Shown: positions 31,458-42,039 of the stretch, in pieces
How the letters are laid out: the number at the start of each line of letters is the position of its first letter
How positions within the stretch are numbered: the first letter of the stretch is position 1
DNA from: an uncultured Alphaproteobacteria bacterium
Lineage (GTDB): Bacteria; Pseudomonadota; Alphaproteobacteria; HIMB59; GCA-002718135
Assembly: GCA_902541215.1 (NCBI GenBank)
Contig: CACBPV010000003.1
Span: 28,784-92,783, forward strand
Reading direction: 5' to 3'
Length of the DNA stretch: 64,000 nt
Notes under the pieces: generated by a model
What the model saw: the letters and a program-made list of their open reading frames with translations, nothing else
What the model was told of the DNA's origin: nothing
The model's database searches: none
Made by a program: the position numbers and the translations under genes

Positions 31458-33359
31458 TTAGTTTGCCGGTGCTGTTGCAGATCCACCTGTTTTTGGAACA
31501 GATGTGGCTGGTTTTTTTGGTGTGTTTATATCATTATCAAAATCATCACGAGTTGGCTTTATACCTTTAATTAAATCTTTAATTTCATCACCTGATAATG
31601 TTTCATACTCTAAAAGCCCTTTAGCAACTATATGCAGTTCTTCGATATTATCTTGAAGAATTTTTCTACAATTATTTTCAGCCTCTTCTGCAAGAGATCT
31701 TACTTCTTCATCAATTAATTTTGCTGTAGAGTCAGATAAATTTTTTGATTGTGCAACAGAATGCCCAAGGAAAACCTCCTCGCTATCACTGTTATATCTC
31801 AAACGACCTAATTTTTCACTCATCCCCCATTCGGTAATCATTTTTTTTGATAGATTTGTTACCATTTGTATATCGCTTGCTGCACCATTTGTAATTTTAT
31901 CTTTACCAAAAATCATCTCTTCTGCAATTCTGCCCCCAGTAGCTATTAATAAATGCGCTTTCATTTGATCTTTTCGCATAGACAACTGATCCTTTTCAGG
32001 AAGTCTCATAACCATACCTAAGGCTCTACCTCTCGGTATTATTGTCGCTTTATGTATCGGATCGGAAGCTGGTGAGTGAAGGGTTGCAACTGCATGACCA
32101 GCTTCATGGTAAGCAGTAAGTTTCTTTTCATCTTCTGACATGACCATGGATCTTTTTTCTGCACCCATCATCACTTTATCTTTAGCACTTTCAAAATCTT
32201 CAAGTGTAACCATTCTTTTATTTTTTCTAGCTGCTAATAATGCTGCTTCATTAACTAAGTTTGCTAAATCAGCTCCAGAAAAACCTGGGGTTCCCCTTGC
32301 AATAATTTTTGAGTCAAATTTTGGTGAAACTTTAATTTTTTTAATATGAACTTTAAGTATTTTATCTCTTCCCATTACATCAGGATTATTAACTGTTATT
32401 TGACGGTCAAATCTTCCTGGTCTAAGTAAAGCTGGATCAAGAACATCAGGTCTATTTGTTGCGGCAATAATAATTACACCTGCATTAGCTTCAAACCCAT
32501 CCATCTCAACAAGAAGTTGATTAAGAGTTTGTTCTCTTTCGTCATTCCCGCCACCAAGACCTGCACCACGGTGCCTTCCAACAGCGTCAATTTCATCAAT
32601 AAAAACTATACAAGGTGCATTTTTTTTACCTTGATCAAACATATCTCTAACTCTACTAGCTCCAACCCCTACGAACATTTCAACAAAATCTGAACCTGAA
32701 ATAGAAAAGAAAGGAACATTTGCTTCACCTGCAATTGCTCTTGCAAGTAATGTTTTTCCAGTACCGGGAGGGCCTACTAGAAGTGCGCCTCTTGGAATCT
32801 TACCACCTAATCTAGAAAACTTTGAAGGATCTTTTAAAAATTCAACTACTTCTTCCAATTCTTGTTTAGCTTCATCTATACCTGCTACATCGTCAAATGT
32901 AACTTTACCTACAGCCTCGTTTAATAATTTAGCTTTAGATTTACCAAAACCCATTGCTTTTCCACCACCGCCTTGCATTTGGCGCATAAAGAAGATCCAA
33001 ACTCCAATTAGAAGAAGCATAGGAAACCATGAAAGTAATACACTTAGAAGTGGATGCATTGATCTTTCAGAAGGCTCAGCAGTAATTTTTACCCCACTTT
33101 CATTTAATTTATCTACCAAATTGGGATAATTGGGAACATATGTGCTAAATGATCGACCATCATTTAGAAAGCCTGTAACTGTGCTTCCATTAATATTAAC
33201 TTCAGAAACATTTCCACTTTCTGTTGCTGCTATGAAGTCAGAAAAGGATATTTTTGAAGTATTTCTATTATTAGAAGTTCCTTGGAAAAGATTGAAAAGC
33301 ACAATTAAGAGCAATCCAATTATAATCCATAATACAACGTTTTTACTGATGTTTTTCAT
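31458..33359 (-). CDS. ftsH: ATP-dependent zinc metalloprotease FtsH
   Basis: Two TMs, [20 protein letters not shown]. Confidence 0.99.
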   Translation of the reverse strand: MKNISKNVVLWIIIGLLLIVLFNLFQGTSNNRNTSKISFSDFIAATESGNVSEVNINGSTVTGFLNDGRSFSTYVPNYPNLVDKLNESGVKITAEPSERSMHPLLSVLLSWFPMLLLIGVWIFFMRQMQGGGGKAMGFGKSKAKLLNEAVGKVTFDDVAGIDEAKQELEEVVEFLKDPSKFSRLGGKIPRGALLVGPPGTGKTLLARAIAGEANVPFFSISGSDFVEMFVGVGASRVRDMFDQGKKNAPCIVFIDEIDAVGRHRGAGLGGGNDEREQTLNQLLVEMDGFEANAGVIIIAATNRPDVLDPALLRPGRFDRQITVNNPDVMGRDKILKVHIKKIKVSPKFDSKIIARGTPGFSGADLANLVNEAALLAARKNKRMVTLEDFESAKDKVMMGAEKRSMVMSEDEKKLTAYHEAGHAVATLHSPASDPIHKATIIPRGRALGMVMRLPEKDQLSMRKDQMKAHLLIATGGRIAEEMIFGKDKITNGAASDIQMVTNLSKKMITEWGMSEKLGRLRYNSDSEEVFLGHSVAQSKNLSDSTAKLIDEEVRSLAEEAENNCRKILQDNIEELHIVAKGLLEYETLSGDEIKDLIKGIKPTRDDFDNDINTPKKPATSVPKTGGSATAPAN

Positions 33360-33410
33360 CTATTTATTACATAGGAATTTATTATAAAAACACAATAGTT
33401 TTGTAGAAAA

Positions 33411-34382
33411 TTAAACAGTTTTTCTCAAAAATGTAAGAAAATCATCATTTTTTTTAACAATCATACCCTTAAGATTAAAATTATTAAAATTTAATTTCTT
33501 CATTTCACTTATTAAGATTCTAGTTTTTTTTGATCGTGGCGCGTTAGATTCATAAAATAAATATTGATAAATTCTTCGTATAATATTTTCAGAATTAATT
33601 TCATTCAAATTCTTCATATTATCAAGACCAACAATAATTTTTTTACTATCGATCTTAATAATATTTTTAAGAAGTATCTCAAATATCATTTGAATGAAAT
33701 ATGGTGAATAAAAAAGAATGCTCTCAAAATCTTTATTTATTTCTTTAATAGTTTTTTGGTCAGATTTTTTAAGAAAATTTCTTATTGTAGGACGAGTATA
33801 GTCTAAATTAAAATTTGATGGATCATTAATATATTCTATTTTATTTTTCTTATTATAATTCAATAATGCATCTTTAGAAAAATATAAAAGTGGTCTAATA
33901 ATGCAAACTTTATTATAAAGTGAGAATTCAGACATTGATTTTAAACCATAAAAGTCACTTCCAGCTATCTTTCTATTCAAAAAAGTTTCTAAATTATCAT
34001 CTTTGTGATGAGCAACAAATAAATGCAAAAAATTATTTTTAATACAAAAATCTGTAAGTAAATTATAACGATTATTTCTAGCCTCATTCATACTTTTCTT
34101 ACTAACATTCACTTGATTTACAGTTAGAATTTTAGAGGTAATGTTGTTTTTATTCAAGTTGGTAGAAATATATTTGGCTTCCTGATTAGAATTTTTTCTA
34201 ATACGATGATCTACAATTAAAGCCATCAAGTTTCCTTTTTTGTATTTTACAAAAGCATTTACAAGGAATAATAATGACATGCTATCCGGACCACCTGAAA
34301 CTGCTACAGCGACAGACGGGTTTTTTTCAAAAGTATATTTTTTTTCTATGTTTTTAATGAATTCTTTATTAGTGAGCTTCAT
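33411..34382 (-). CDS. tilS: tRNA(Ile)-lysidine synthetase (short form)
   Basis: AVSGGPDS, VDH, AHHKDDNLET, IRPLL. Confidence 0.95.
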   Translation of the reverse strand: MKLTNKEFIKNIEKKYTFEKNPSVAVAVSGGPDSMSLLFLVNAFVKYKKGNLMALIVDHRIRKNSNQEAKYISTNLNKNNITSKILTVNQVNVSKKSMNEARNNRYNLLTDFCIKNNFLHLFVAHHKDDNLETFLNRKIAGSDFYGLKSMSEFSLYNKVCIIRPLLYFSKDALLNYNKKNKIEYINDPSNFNLDYTRPTIRNFLKKSDQKTIKEINKDFESILFYSPYFIQMIFEILLKNIIKIDSKKIIVGLDNMKNLNEINSENIIRRIYQYLFYESNAPRSKKTRILISEMKKLNFNNFNLKGMIVKKNDDFLTFLRKTV

Positions 34383-35296
34383 TCATTATTTTCTAAGCAA
34401 TTATACTCAACAATTTGTTTTTTTGTTTGAGGAATTATTTTATTTTTAGGGAAATCTATAATTAATTTTTCCATAGTTTTACAAGCCTCAACAGTTTTTT
34501 CAACTTGGTATAATGACTGAGAAAGTTTTAAAAGCATTTCTGCAGCTTTAATACTATCTGGAAATTTTTGGAAACCTTCTGCAAATATAAGTGCTGCTTC
34601 TCTATGATTTTTTTCTAAAATATATAATTCTCCAAGCCAATAATGTGCTGAACCTGATAGTTGATTATCGGGATTATCTGCAATAAACTGCTCAAATAAA
34701 GTTTTTGCATCCTGCCATTTTTTATCTCTAATATTATCAAATGCTACTTGGAATTGATCTTCTGGTGATAGCTCCTTCTCTTTTTCATTAGAATTTACTT
34801 CTTGATCGTTAGATACAACCTCTTCATTTGTATCATTTGTGTTTTTTGAAATATTTAATGTTCCAAGTGTATTTTCAGTTTCAGTATCATTTAATGTATT
34901 GCTTTTTACTTCAGAACTATCTTGTAAAACTTCATCTGTATTTACTTTTACATTATTTGAAGGAATAGATTGTAAATTGTTAATAACTATTTCTAAGTTT
35001 TCTAACTTATTAAAAATATCATCTAATTGAAAATACAATTCCTCTAAGTTAGACGTTAAGTTTTTTATATCATTTTCAATATCATATATTCGTAAATCAA
35101 TAGCAGTAAGATTCTTTACAAAATCATTATTTGTTTCACTAGATTGACTTGATGAACTTGAAAATACTTCTTTAGAAAGATCGGAGACTTCTCTTTGTAA
35201 TCTCTCTAATTGCTGGTTAATTGTAAGTTCATTTTCATTAGAATAAACATAACATGAAAAAAATATGATTATTGTAGTGAGTATGTATTTAAACAT
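34379..35296 (-). CDS. cpoB: Tol-Pal system protein CpoB/YbgF
   Basis: Signal peptide, coiled coil, TPR region (AHYWLGE, AEMLLKL); downstream of pal. Confidence 0.9.
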   Translation of the reverse strand: MFKYILTTIIIFFSCYVYSNENELTINQQLERLQREVSDLSKEVFSSSSSQSSETNNDFVKNLTAIDLRIYDIENDIKNLTSNLEELYFQLDDIFNKLENLEIVINNLQSIPSNNVKVNTDEVLQDSSEVKSNTLNDTETENTLGTLNISKNTNDTNEEVVSNDQEVNSNEKEKELSPEDQFQVAFDNIRDKKWQDAKTLFEQFIADNPDNQLSGSAHYWLGELYILEKNHREAALIFAEGFQKFPDSIKAAEMLLKLSQSLYQVEKTVEACKTMEKLIIDFPKNKIIPQTKKQIVEYNCLENNE

Positions 35297-35330
35297 TAAC
35301 AGTTTTTAATTTCTAATTGCGATAGAAATG

Positions 35331-35354
35331 TGGCGCTATATCAATATAGCGCCA
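35331..35354 (-). terminator. Hairpin downstream of pal (terminator or stability element)
   Basis: Perfect 10-bp inverted repeat TGGCGCTATA-tcaa-TATAGCGCCA. Confidence 0.7.
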
Positions 35355-35373
35355 AAGTATTAAGGGAAAAGGA

Positions 35374-35895
35374 TTAGTTAACTATAGTTACTGATCGTCT
35401 ATTTTGAGCCCATGCTCCATCGTTGGATCCAACAACAGCAGGTCTTTCTTTACCATAACTAATAGTTGAAACTCTGTCTGGATTTATTCCTAATCCAATT
35501 AGGTAATTTTTAACAGCTTGAGCTCTTTTTTCACCAAGAGCTAAGTTGTACTCTCTAGTTCCTCTTTCATCACAGTGTCCTTCAATTGTGACAGAAACAT
35601 CACTATTTTGCTTAAGCCATGCAACCTGATCTTGAAGTAACTCCAAAGCGTCTGAATCTAAATCTGAACTATCATATCCAAAAAAAACTCTATCACCAAC
35701 ATTAACAATTAAATCTTCCTGGGATCCTGAAACAATTCCACTTCCTGCAGTTTCAGTAATAGTTCCTTCTGAAGAAACATCACTTTCTGAACCACTTGAT
35801 CCTGAACCTGAAGAATCAGCAGAGTCTTTAGGTGTAGTTGCACATGCGGCAACAAATAAAACCATAAATATAGAGATAAAAAACTTGTAAAACAT
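35374..35895 (-). CDS. pal: Peptidoglycan-associated lipoprotein Pal
   Basis: Lipobox VAAC, EGHCDERGTREYNLALG, SYGKERP. Confidence 0.98.
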   Translation of the reverse strand: MFYKFFISIFMVLFVAACATTPKDSADSSGSGSSGSESDVSSEGTITETAGSGIVSGSQEDLIVNVGDRVFFGYDSSDLDSDALELLQDQVAWLKQNSDVSVTIEGHCDERGTREYNLALGEKRAQAVKNYLIGLGINPDRVSTISYGKERPAVVGSNDGAWAQNRRSVTIVN

Positions 35896-35996
35896 AAATA
35901 TTTGCTCCCTTAATACTTTGAGTAGATATACTAAATTATTCAGAATTCCTTAACATTTTTTTTTGAATTTCGTATATTTTTTTGTATTATATTGAA

Positions 35997-37316
35997 TTAG
36001 TGCATCAAGGGAGACCAAGCTGGATCAGAGCCACCCAAGGGAGTTATTACTTTTCTTTCATTAAATCCAGTTAAATCAATAGAATATAGACTAGATTCAC
36101 CCCCTGATCCATCCTCAGCAGTTCTTTCTTCTTTAAAGTACATCAAAAATCTACCATTTGGAGCCCATGTAGGCCCCTCAACATGGAATGATTTAGCAAT
36201 CATTCTTTCATTAGAACCATCCACCTCCATAACACCTATATAAAATTGTCCTCCCTCTTGTTTAGTGAATGCAATCATATCACCTCTTGGAGACCAGACT
36301 GGAGTGTAGTAACTTCCTGCTTCTCTGCTAATTCTCTTAATATTTTTTCCATTATTATCGCATACATACAAATGCCTTCTTCCACTTCGATCTGAATTAA
36401 AAACTATTTTTTTTCCATCAGGTGAAAAGCTCGCCGAAACATCAATTGAAGAATTATTAGTAACTCTTTCTGCAATTCTTGTTTTTAGATCAAGAATGTA
36501 AATTTCGGAATTGCCAATTTCTGGGTCAGTGTAAGACATAACTATTTGATTACCGTCAGGTGAAAAACGTGGAGCAAATGTCATTCCTGGGAATTCACCT
36601 ACTATTTCTTGTTTACCAGTTTCTATATCAAATATGTAAACTCTCGGATTATTTCTATTTACATAAGACATGTATGTAATTTTTTGTGAATTAGGAGAAA
36701 ACCTCGGAGTTAATACCAGGTATGATCCATCTGTTAAAAAACGATGATTTGATTGATCCTGATCCATTATTGCTAATCTTTTTTGTTTATTTTCTTTTGG
36801 ACCTGTCTCAGCAACATAAACTATTCTTGTATCAAAGTATCCGCCTTCGCCAGTTATATTTTTAAAAATGGAGTCTGAAATAATATGAGCAACTCTCCTC
36901 CAATTTTTTTCACTAGTCTCGTATTTTTTTCCAACAATTTGCTTTTGTTGAAAAACATCAAACAATCTGTATTCTACAGATATCTTTCCATTGTTTGTTG
37001 AAATTCTTCCAGAAACTAAATGTTGAGCCTTAATTAATTTCCAATCTTCAAATCTAGGTTTATTTGATAAAGACTCATTATCTTGAATAAAAGATCTTTT
37101 ATCTATTGGTAAAAAAAGCCCAGACCTTTCTAAGTTATCTGAAATAACAGTTGAAATATTTTTACCTACTTTAGTTAATTGTGAATTTTCTGAGTATAGC
37201 TCTGTCACTGCTATAGGAGTTGGTTTCACACTACCTTGTGTAAGAGTCACTTCTAATGAATAGACTTTAAAATTAGAAAATAAAAATAAGGTTATTAAGA
37301 AAAATCTTTTCATCAA
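35997..37316 (-). CDS. tolB: Tol-Pal beta-propeller protein TolB
   Basis: LAIMDQD, repeated PRFSPDG/PxWSP blades. Confidence 0.97.
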   Translation of the reverse strand: MMKRFFLITLFLFSNFKVYSLEVTLTQGSVKPTPIAVTELYSENSQLTKVGKNISTVISDNLERSGLFLPIDKRSFIQDNESLSNKPRFEDWKLIKAQHLVSGRISTNNGKISVEYRLFDVFQQKQIVGKKYETSEKNWRRVAHIISDSIFKNITGEGGYFDTRIVYVAETGPKENKQKRLAIMDQDQSNHRFLTDGSYLVLTPRFSPNSQKITYMSYVNRNNPRVYIFDIETGKQEIVGEFPGMTFAPRFSPDGNQIVMSYTDPEIGNSEIYILDLKTRIAERVTNNSSIDVSASFSPDGKKIVFNSDRSGRRHLYVCDNNGKNIKRISREAGSYYTPVWSPRGDMIAFTKQEGGQFYIGVMEVDGSNERMIAKSFHVEGPTWAPNGRFLMYFKEERTAEDGSGGESSLYSIDLTGFNERKVITPLGGSDPAWSPLMH

Positions 37317-38383
37317 TATCCTTTCATAATACTATAATCAAAAGTAATTGTAAGATTTTTCCATAGATTATATTTATCTTTTGGAAGTTTTAACGGTGTA
37401 CATTCTGGGTTTAATAGAGTTCTCATTGCGCTATCTGTAATCGGACCATAAAATGGATTAGTTTTAGCTATATTTGTGTCAACAATGCGGATACTATTTG
37501 GTGAAACCTTCATATTTTGTAATACTTTTGCTGAAATTGTTACTTTGTCTCCTCTTTTTATAACTGCACCCGCTGGAGCATTCCAACAAGAAGATAATTG
37601 CTGCCTCAACATGTCAATTTCAGATATTGATAGCATAATATTCTCATCAGTATCATCTGTACTTTTATTATCAACCTCTTCAACCTCTTCTTTAACTTCA
37701 TTTTGAACTATATTTGTTTTTTCATTTCTTAAATCTTTAAGCATTGATGCTATGCTAAAATCTTTCTCAGGTTTCGGCTTTGGTTTAGATACGGTTTTAT
37801 CATTTTCCAACTTTGGTTTATCCCTTATGTTTGTTTCAACATCTAAATCCGATTTAACATTTTCATTATTTATAATTTTTGGCTTTGGCTTGAGTTTTGG
37901 TTTAATTATATCAGTTTTAATTGTTTCTACTTTTTTCTTAACCTCTAAAATTTCCTTTTCTTTGATAACTACTTTTTTTGTTTCCTTAACTTCTAAATTT
38001 GAAGTTTGTTTCATTTCCAAAACTGGTTGATTTGGATTAGTTTTTTCTTCAATTTCAGATTTATTTATTTCAACATTTTTTTTTACTTCTAATTGATCTG
38101 ATGAATTAAATTTTTTTTGCTTAGTAATTGTTTCCTTATTTTTATTTTCTGGTTTTTTAATATCAGATTTTTTCAAATTGGTATTTTCGTCAACATTAAG
38201 TATTTCAATAGGTATTACGTTTGGAACATAGATTTCTTTTGTAGAAAAAAAATTTGGTAAGCCGACCATAAACAAAAGGATAATTAAATGTATTAGTGTT
38301 GAAAAAATAACTCCTGATGTTTTAGGATTTAAATTTTCAAAAAAGTTTATAATTTTTAAACTATTATAGCTTATACGATCCAT
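37313..38383 (-). CDS. tolA: TolA-like protein
   Basis: TM with SxxxH (STLIH), long K/E/P linker, C-terminal CWNxP...C domain; between tolR and tolB. Confidence 0.88.
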   Translation of the reverse strand: MDRISYNSLKIINFFENLNPKTSGVIFSTLIHLIILLFMVGLPNFFSTKEIYVPNVIPIEILNVDENTNLKKSDIKKPENKNKETITKQKKFNSSDQLEVKKNVEINKSEIEEKTNPNQPVLEMKQTSNLEVKETKKVVIKEKEILEVKKKVETIKTDIIKPKLKPKPKIINNENVKSDLDVETNIRDKPKLENDKTVSKPKPKPEKDFSIASMLKDLRNEKTNIVQNEVKEEVEEVDNKSTDDTDENIMLSISEIDMLRQQLSSCWNAPAGAVIKRGDKVTISAKVLQNMKVSPNSIRIVDTNIAKTNPFYGPITDSAMRTLLNPECTPLKLPKDKYNLWKNLTITFDYSIMKGY

Positions 38384-38812
38384 CTATTGCTCAAGATTTT
38401 GAGTAATTAATGCAACTTTAATATATCCTGCTGAATTTATTATGGACATAATTTCCATAATCCTTCCATAAGCTACCACTCTATCACCTCGTATATAAAT
38501 TCTTGCTTCTGTGTTTTGTTCAGTAATAGCGTTTAGTCGAGGAATTAAATTTTCTACTTCAACCTTTGATTCTCCAATGTAGACTTCTCCATCTAACTTA
38601 ACGGTTATCTCAATTGGATCTTTAATATCAGTTAATGCAGTAGCTTTAACCTTTGGTAAATCAACTTTAATTCCAACCGTTAGAAGAGGTGCGGTAACCA
38701 TAAAAACAATTAGTAAAACAAGCATAACATCTACAAAAGGTGTAACGTTAATTTCACTCATTTGAGTGTACCTTTGCTTTTTTCTTTTGTTTAAATTATT
38801 TGAAGTAATCAA
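38384..38812 (-). CDS. tolR: TolR
   Basis: EINVTPFVDVMLVLLIVFMV. Confidence 0.96.
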   Translation of the reverse strand: MITSNNLNKRKKQRYTQMSEINVTPFVDVMLVLLIVFMVTAPLLTVGIKVDLPKVKATALTDIKDPIEITVKLDGEVYIGESKVEVENLIPRLNAITEQNTEARIYIRGDRVVAYGRIMEIMSIINSAGYIKVALITQNLEQ

Positions 38813-38813
38813 T

Positions 38814-39527
38814 TTATTTTTTCTCTAATTGTCTAAAAAAAATTGTTGAGAATTCATCCATAAATGTTTCCAAGGATATAAAATATTTTGATAAATCGTT
38901 TGAAATTTTATTGTAAGCAACTACAGCAGGTATAGCCACAAAAAGACCTAATGCAGTTGCAAAAAGGGCCTCAGCAATTCCTGGTGCAACTACGGCTAAA
39001 TTTGTATTTTGAGCTATTGCAATAGATTTAAAACTATTCATTATACCCCAGACTGTTCCAAATAACCCAATAAAAGGTGCAGTTGATCCAGCAGTTGCGA
39101 GAAATGTTAAATTTCTTTCAACATTTTCACTTTCTTTATTGAAAACAACTGTCATAGATCTCATCATTCTATCTTTTAAAGAATTAATATCAGATGTATC
39201 ATTTTCAAACTGAGCTTTACTTTTTTTCCACTCTAAAATTGCAGCACAAAATAATTTTGATTTTGGATCTGTCTGATTAAAGTTTAAAGTTTCATATAAA
39301 TCTTCAAATGAATTTCCAGACCAAAAAATATCTTCAAATTCTTTTTCAAGTTTTTTTAATTGTCTAATTCTTAAAATTTTTGAAATTATTACATTCCAAG
39401 AATAAATAGAGGCTAAGATTAATATTATAATTACAGATTTGACAACAATGTCAGCCTGCATGAATAAAGCAAGCATTGAAAAATCTGGCGCTTCTGTAGA
39501 TAAATTTGTACTATTAATATCTGCCAT
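38814..39527 (-). CDS. tolQ: TolQ
   Basis: PFIGLFGTVWGIM, VAPGIAEALFATALGL. Confidence 0.97.
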   Translation of the reverse strand: MADINSTNLSTEAPDFSMLALFMQADIVVKSVIIILILASIYSWNVIISKILRIRQLKKLEKEFEDIFWSGNSFEDLYETLNFNQTDPKSKLFCAAILEWKKSKAQFENDTSDINSLKDRMMRSMTVVFNKESENVERNLTFLATAGSTAPFIGLFGTVWGIMNSFKSIAIAQNTNLAVVAPGIAEALFATALGLFVAIPAVVAYNKISNDLSKYFISLETFMDEFSTIFFRQLEKK

Positions 39528-39532
39528 AATTA

Positions 39533-39826
39533 TTATTTTTTAATTTTTTCAAGATCGCTACTATGAACCATAACCCAAAACCCTGGTCTATTTTTTTCAC
39601 ATAATGCTATTACTGGTGTCTTACCCTCCTCTTTCGCAAGTTTTGCAGTATCATCCCATAAACTAATTGCTGTATGTTTTGCTCTTAGTTTACATTCTAT
39701 AAATAATTCTTCATGGATTACATCAGCTCTTGTCACTTTACCATTACCGCCACTCAAAGGTGTTCTTTTCCCATTGAAATAGTTTGCAACATCTCTTTCT
39801 CTTTTTTTCCAGGCTTTATCAGGCAT
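39533..39826 (-). CDS. Hjc-like (archaeal/phage type) PD-(D/E)xK nuclease, putative Holliday junction resolvase
   Basis: Motif order E(RDVA)...RTPLSG...ADVI...IECK; SD AAGGA; occupies the ruvCAB position between yebC and tolQ. Confidence 0.8.
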   Translation of the reverse strand: MPDKAWKKRERDVANYFNGKRTPLSGGNGKVTRADVIHEELFIECKLRAKHTAISLWDDTAKLAKEEGKTPVIALCEKNRPGFWVMVHSSDLEKIKK

Positions 39827-39840
39827 CTATATTCCTTTCA

Positions 39841-40590
39841 TTAGGCAGTGAGTGAAGATAGAACATTATCATCAACTTCAAAATTTGATGATACAACTTG
39901 AACGTCGTCATTGTCTTCTAAAACTTCAAGTAATTTAAATAGTTTGTCCGCTGTTTCTTTTCCAATATTTATATTATTTTTACTTTTCCAAATTAAATTT
40001 GCAGAGTTAGTCTGACCATACTGTTTAATTAATTTATCATTAAGTTCATGCAAATGGTTTTGATCACAGTATATTGAATATTCTGTTTCATTAATTTCAT
40101 AATCTTCACTATTATTTTCAATAAGAAATTCTAAGAGTTGATCTTCTTTTACTAAGTTTTTATCGAGAGTGATATTTCCAAATCTGTCAAAACCAAAACT
40201 AACACTTCCTGTTTCACCCAAATTACCTCCATATTTACTAAAAGAGGACCTAATCTCAGCAGCTGTTCTATTTTTATTATTTGTAAGTGCTTCGACTATT
40301 ATTGCAATACCTTCAGGACCATATCCTTCATATCTTACTTCTTCATAATTGCTATCAGAATCATTTCCTTGACCTTTTTTTATTGCTCTCTCAATATTAT
40401 CTTTTGGCATATTGAGTGACTTGGCCGACGAAATTGCAGATCTTAATCTAATATTACTCTCAATATCTTCGCCTCCTACTTTGACAGCAACAGAAATTTC
40501 TCTTCCAAGTCTTGAGAAAACTTTTGCTCTTTTTTTATCTTGAGCACCTTTACGATGCATAATATTTTTAAATTTCGAGTGCCCTGCCAT
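39841..40590 (-). CDS. yebC: YebC/PmpR family protein
   Basis: MAGHSKFKNIMHRK, YEGYGPEG, LEDNDDVQ. Confidence 0.97.
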   Translation of the reverse strand: MAGHSKFKNIMHRKGAQDKKRAKVFSRLGREISVAVKVGGEDIESNIRLRSAISSAKSLNMPKDNIERAIKKGQGNDSDSNYEEVRYEGYGPEGIAIIVEALTNNKNRTAAEIRSSFSKYGGNLGETGSVSFGFDRFGNITLDKNLVKEDQLLEFLIENNSEDYEINETEYSIYCDQNHLHELNDKLIKQYGQTNSANLIWKSKNNINIGKETADKLFKLLEVLEDNDDVQVVSSNFEVDDNVLSSLTA

Positions 40591-40638
40591 TACGAGTAGA
40601 TTTATAAATATTTAATCCGATGTTAGTAAAGATATAAA

Positions 40639-40662
40639 ATATTAGATAAATGTGTCTAATAT
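40639..40662 (-). terminator. Possible AT-rich hairpin terminator after ymdB
   Basis: ATATTAGA...TCTAATAT inverted repeat followed by TTT on the minus strand; weak. Confidence 0.3.
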
Positions 40663-40669
40663 ATGTAAA

Positions 40670-41461
40670 TTATGCCTCTTGAATTGGGGTGATATTTTTA
40701 GCTAAACCAGTATTAATATCAATCTCTATTAAAGCCCCACATACTGTTATGTTTTCAGTAGCAGGTGTAAATCTACCTTCTGCCCTGTACCCCTTAACAA
40801 ATCCATGTATTGGATTATTTATATCAAAACCAATTATTGAATTATAATCACCTGACATCCCCACGTCTGTTTGATAGGCTGTACCTTTAGGTAAAATAAC
40901 ACTGTCTGCCGTTGGCACATGAGTATGTGTGCCTAAAACTGCCGTAACTTGTCCATCAACATAATATCCAAATGCCTTTTTTTCAGAAGTTGCTTCACCA
41001 TGCATATCAATAATTATCGCATCACATGTACTGCCTAACTTCTCTTTTTGAAGAAATTCAATTATGCCTTTAAAGGGATCATCTAATGATAAATTCATAA
41101 ATAATCTGAGCATAACTTGTACTAATATAATTTTTTTTCCATTTAAAAGTTCAAGCTTATAATATCCTTTTCCAGGAACCCCATCAGGATAATTCAAAGC
41201 TCTGATTATTTTTGGATTTTCTTCAATATAAGAAAGCATATCTCTTTGATCCCATGCATGATTCCCAAGTGTAAGTAGATCAATTCCGCTAGAAAATAAT
41301 TCTTCTGCATCTTTTTTTGAAAGTCCATAACCAGAAGTAGCATTCTCACCATTAGCAATAATCATGTCTGTATTATATTTAGATTTGAGTGTTGGGATAA
41401 TTTCTTTAATTTTTTTTCGTGACGCCTTACCGACAATATCACCTATAAAAAGAATTTTCAT
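40670..41461 (-). CDS. ymdB: YmdB-like metallophosphoesterase (TIGR00282)
   Basis: FIGDIVG, NGEN, TLGNH, HGEATSEK, GTHTH. Confidence 0.94.
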   Translation of the reverse strand: MKILFIGDIVGKASRKKIKEIIPTLKSKYNTDMIIANGENATSGYGLSKKDAEELFSSGIDLLTLGNHAWDQRDMLSYIEENPKIIRALNYPDGVPGKGYYKLELLNGKKIILVQVMLRLFMNLSLDDPFKGIIEFLQKEKLGSTCDAIIIDMHGEATSEKKAFGYYVDGQVTAVLGTHTHVPTADSVILPKGTAYQTDVGMSGDYNSIIGFDINNPIHGFVKGYRAEGRFTPATENITVCGALIEIDINTGLAKNITPIQEA

Positions 41462-42039
41462 TAAAAACTATATAAATTTTTTTCAGTAATAACATAATCC
41501 ACTTTAAAATCAAATTTATCTATGGGAATGTAATCTAACATTTGTTCTTCATATGCATAGGCTACAGAGATAAATCTGTGATTAATTTTATTTAAATAAG
41601 CAAATGTTCTGTCATAATAACCTCCACCATAACCTAATCTATTTCCCTTCTTATCAAAAGCTAAACAAGGTACAAAAATTAATTCAGGATTTAAAATTTT
41701 ATTTTTATTTTGAGGCTCTGATATATTCATATGTCCTTTTACAAAATTCTCTTCACTCTTAAATTGCTTAAAGATTAAATGACTATTTTTTTTTTCAATT
41801 ACAGGGAGACATAAAATTTTATTTTTAATAAAGATAAGATTGTTTAGCTCTCTTGTATTTATCTCAGAATTTATAGAAATAAAACTAGAAACTATGTTAA
41901 TTTCTTGAAAGTTAATTTTTTCAAAAAGCTTATTAAACAAAGTTAAAGCAAAATGAGATGGCTTATTATTAAAAATCTTATCTCTTATAAGTTTTTGTTT
42001 TTTTCTGATAATTGATTTTTCATCTTTAATATTATTCAT
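41461..42039 (-). CDS. ygfA: 5-formyltetrahydrofolate cyclo-ligase
   Basis: VPCLAFD, RLGYGGGYYDR. Confidence 0.95.
   Translation of the reverse strand: MNNIKDEKSIIRKKQKLIRDKIFNNKPSHFALTLFNKLFEKINFQEINIVSSFISINSEINTRELNNLIFIKNKILCLPVIEKKNSHLIFKQFKSEENFVKGHMNISEPQNKNKILNPELIFVPCLAFDKKGNRLGYGGGYYDRTFAYLNKINHRFISVAYAYEEQMLDYIPIDKFDFKVDYVITEKNLYSF

Noticed and set aside
33411-34382. TilS as a truncated pseudogene
   Set aside because: Catalytic motifs are intact; short TilS forms lacking C-terminal domains are common in reduced genomes
35939-35954. CtrA-like box TTCA-N7-TTAAC upstream of pal
   Set aside because: One mismatch, and such matches are expected by chance in so AT-rich a sequence
37700-38200. 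Repetitive K/E/P-rich sequence (KPKPKP) as a repeat element
   Set aside because: Normal low-complexity TolA linker
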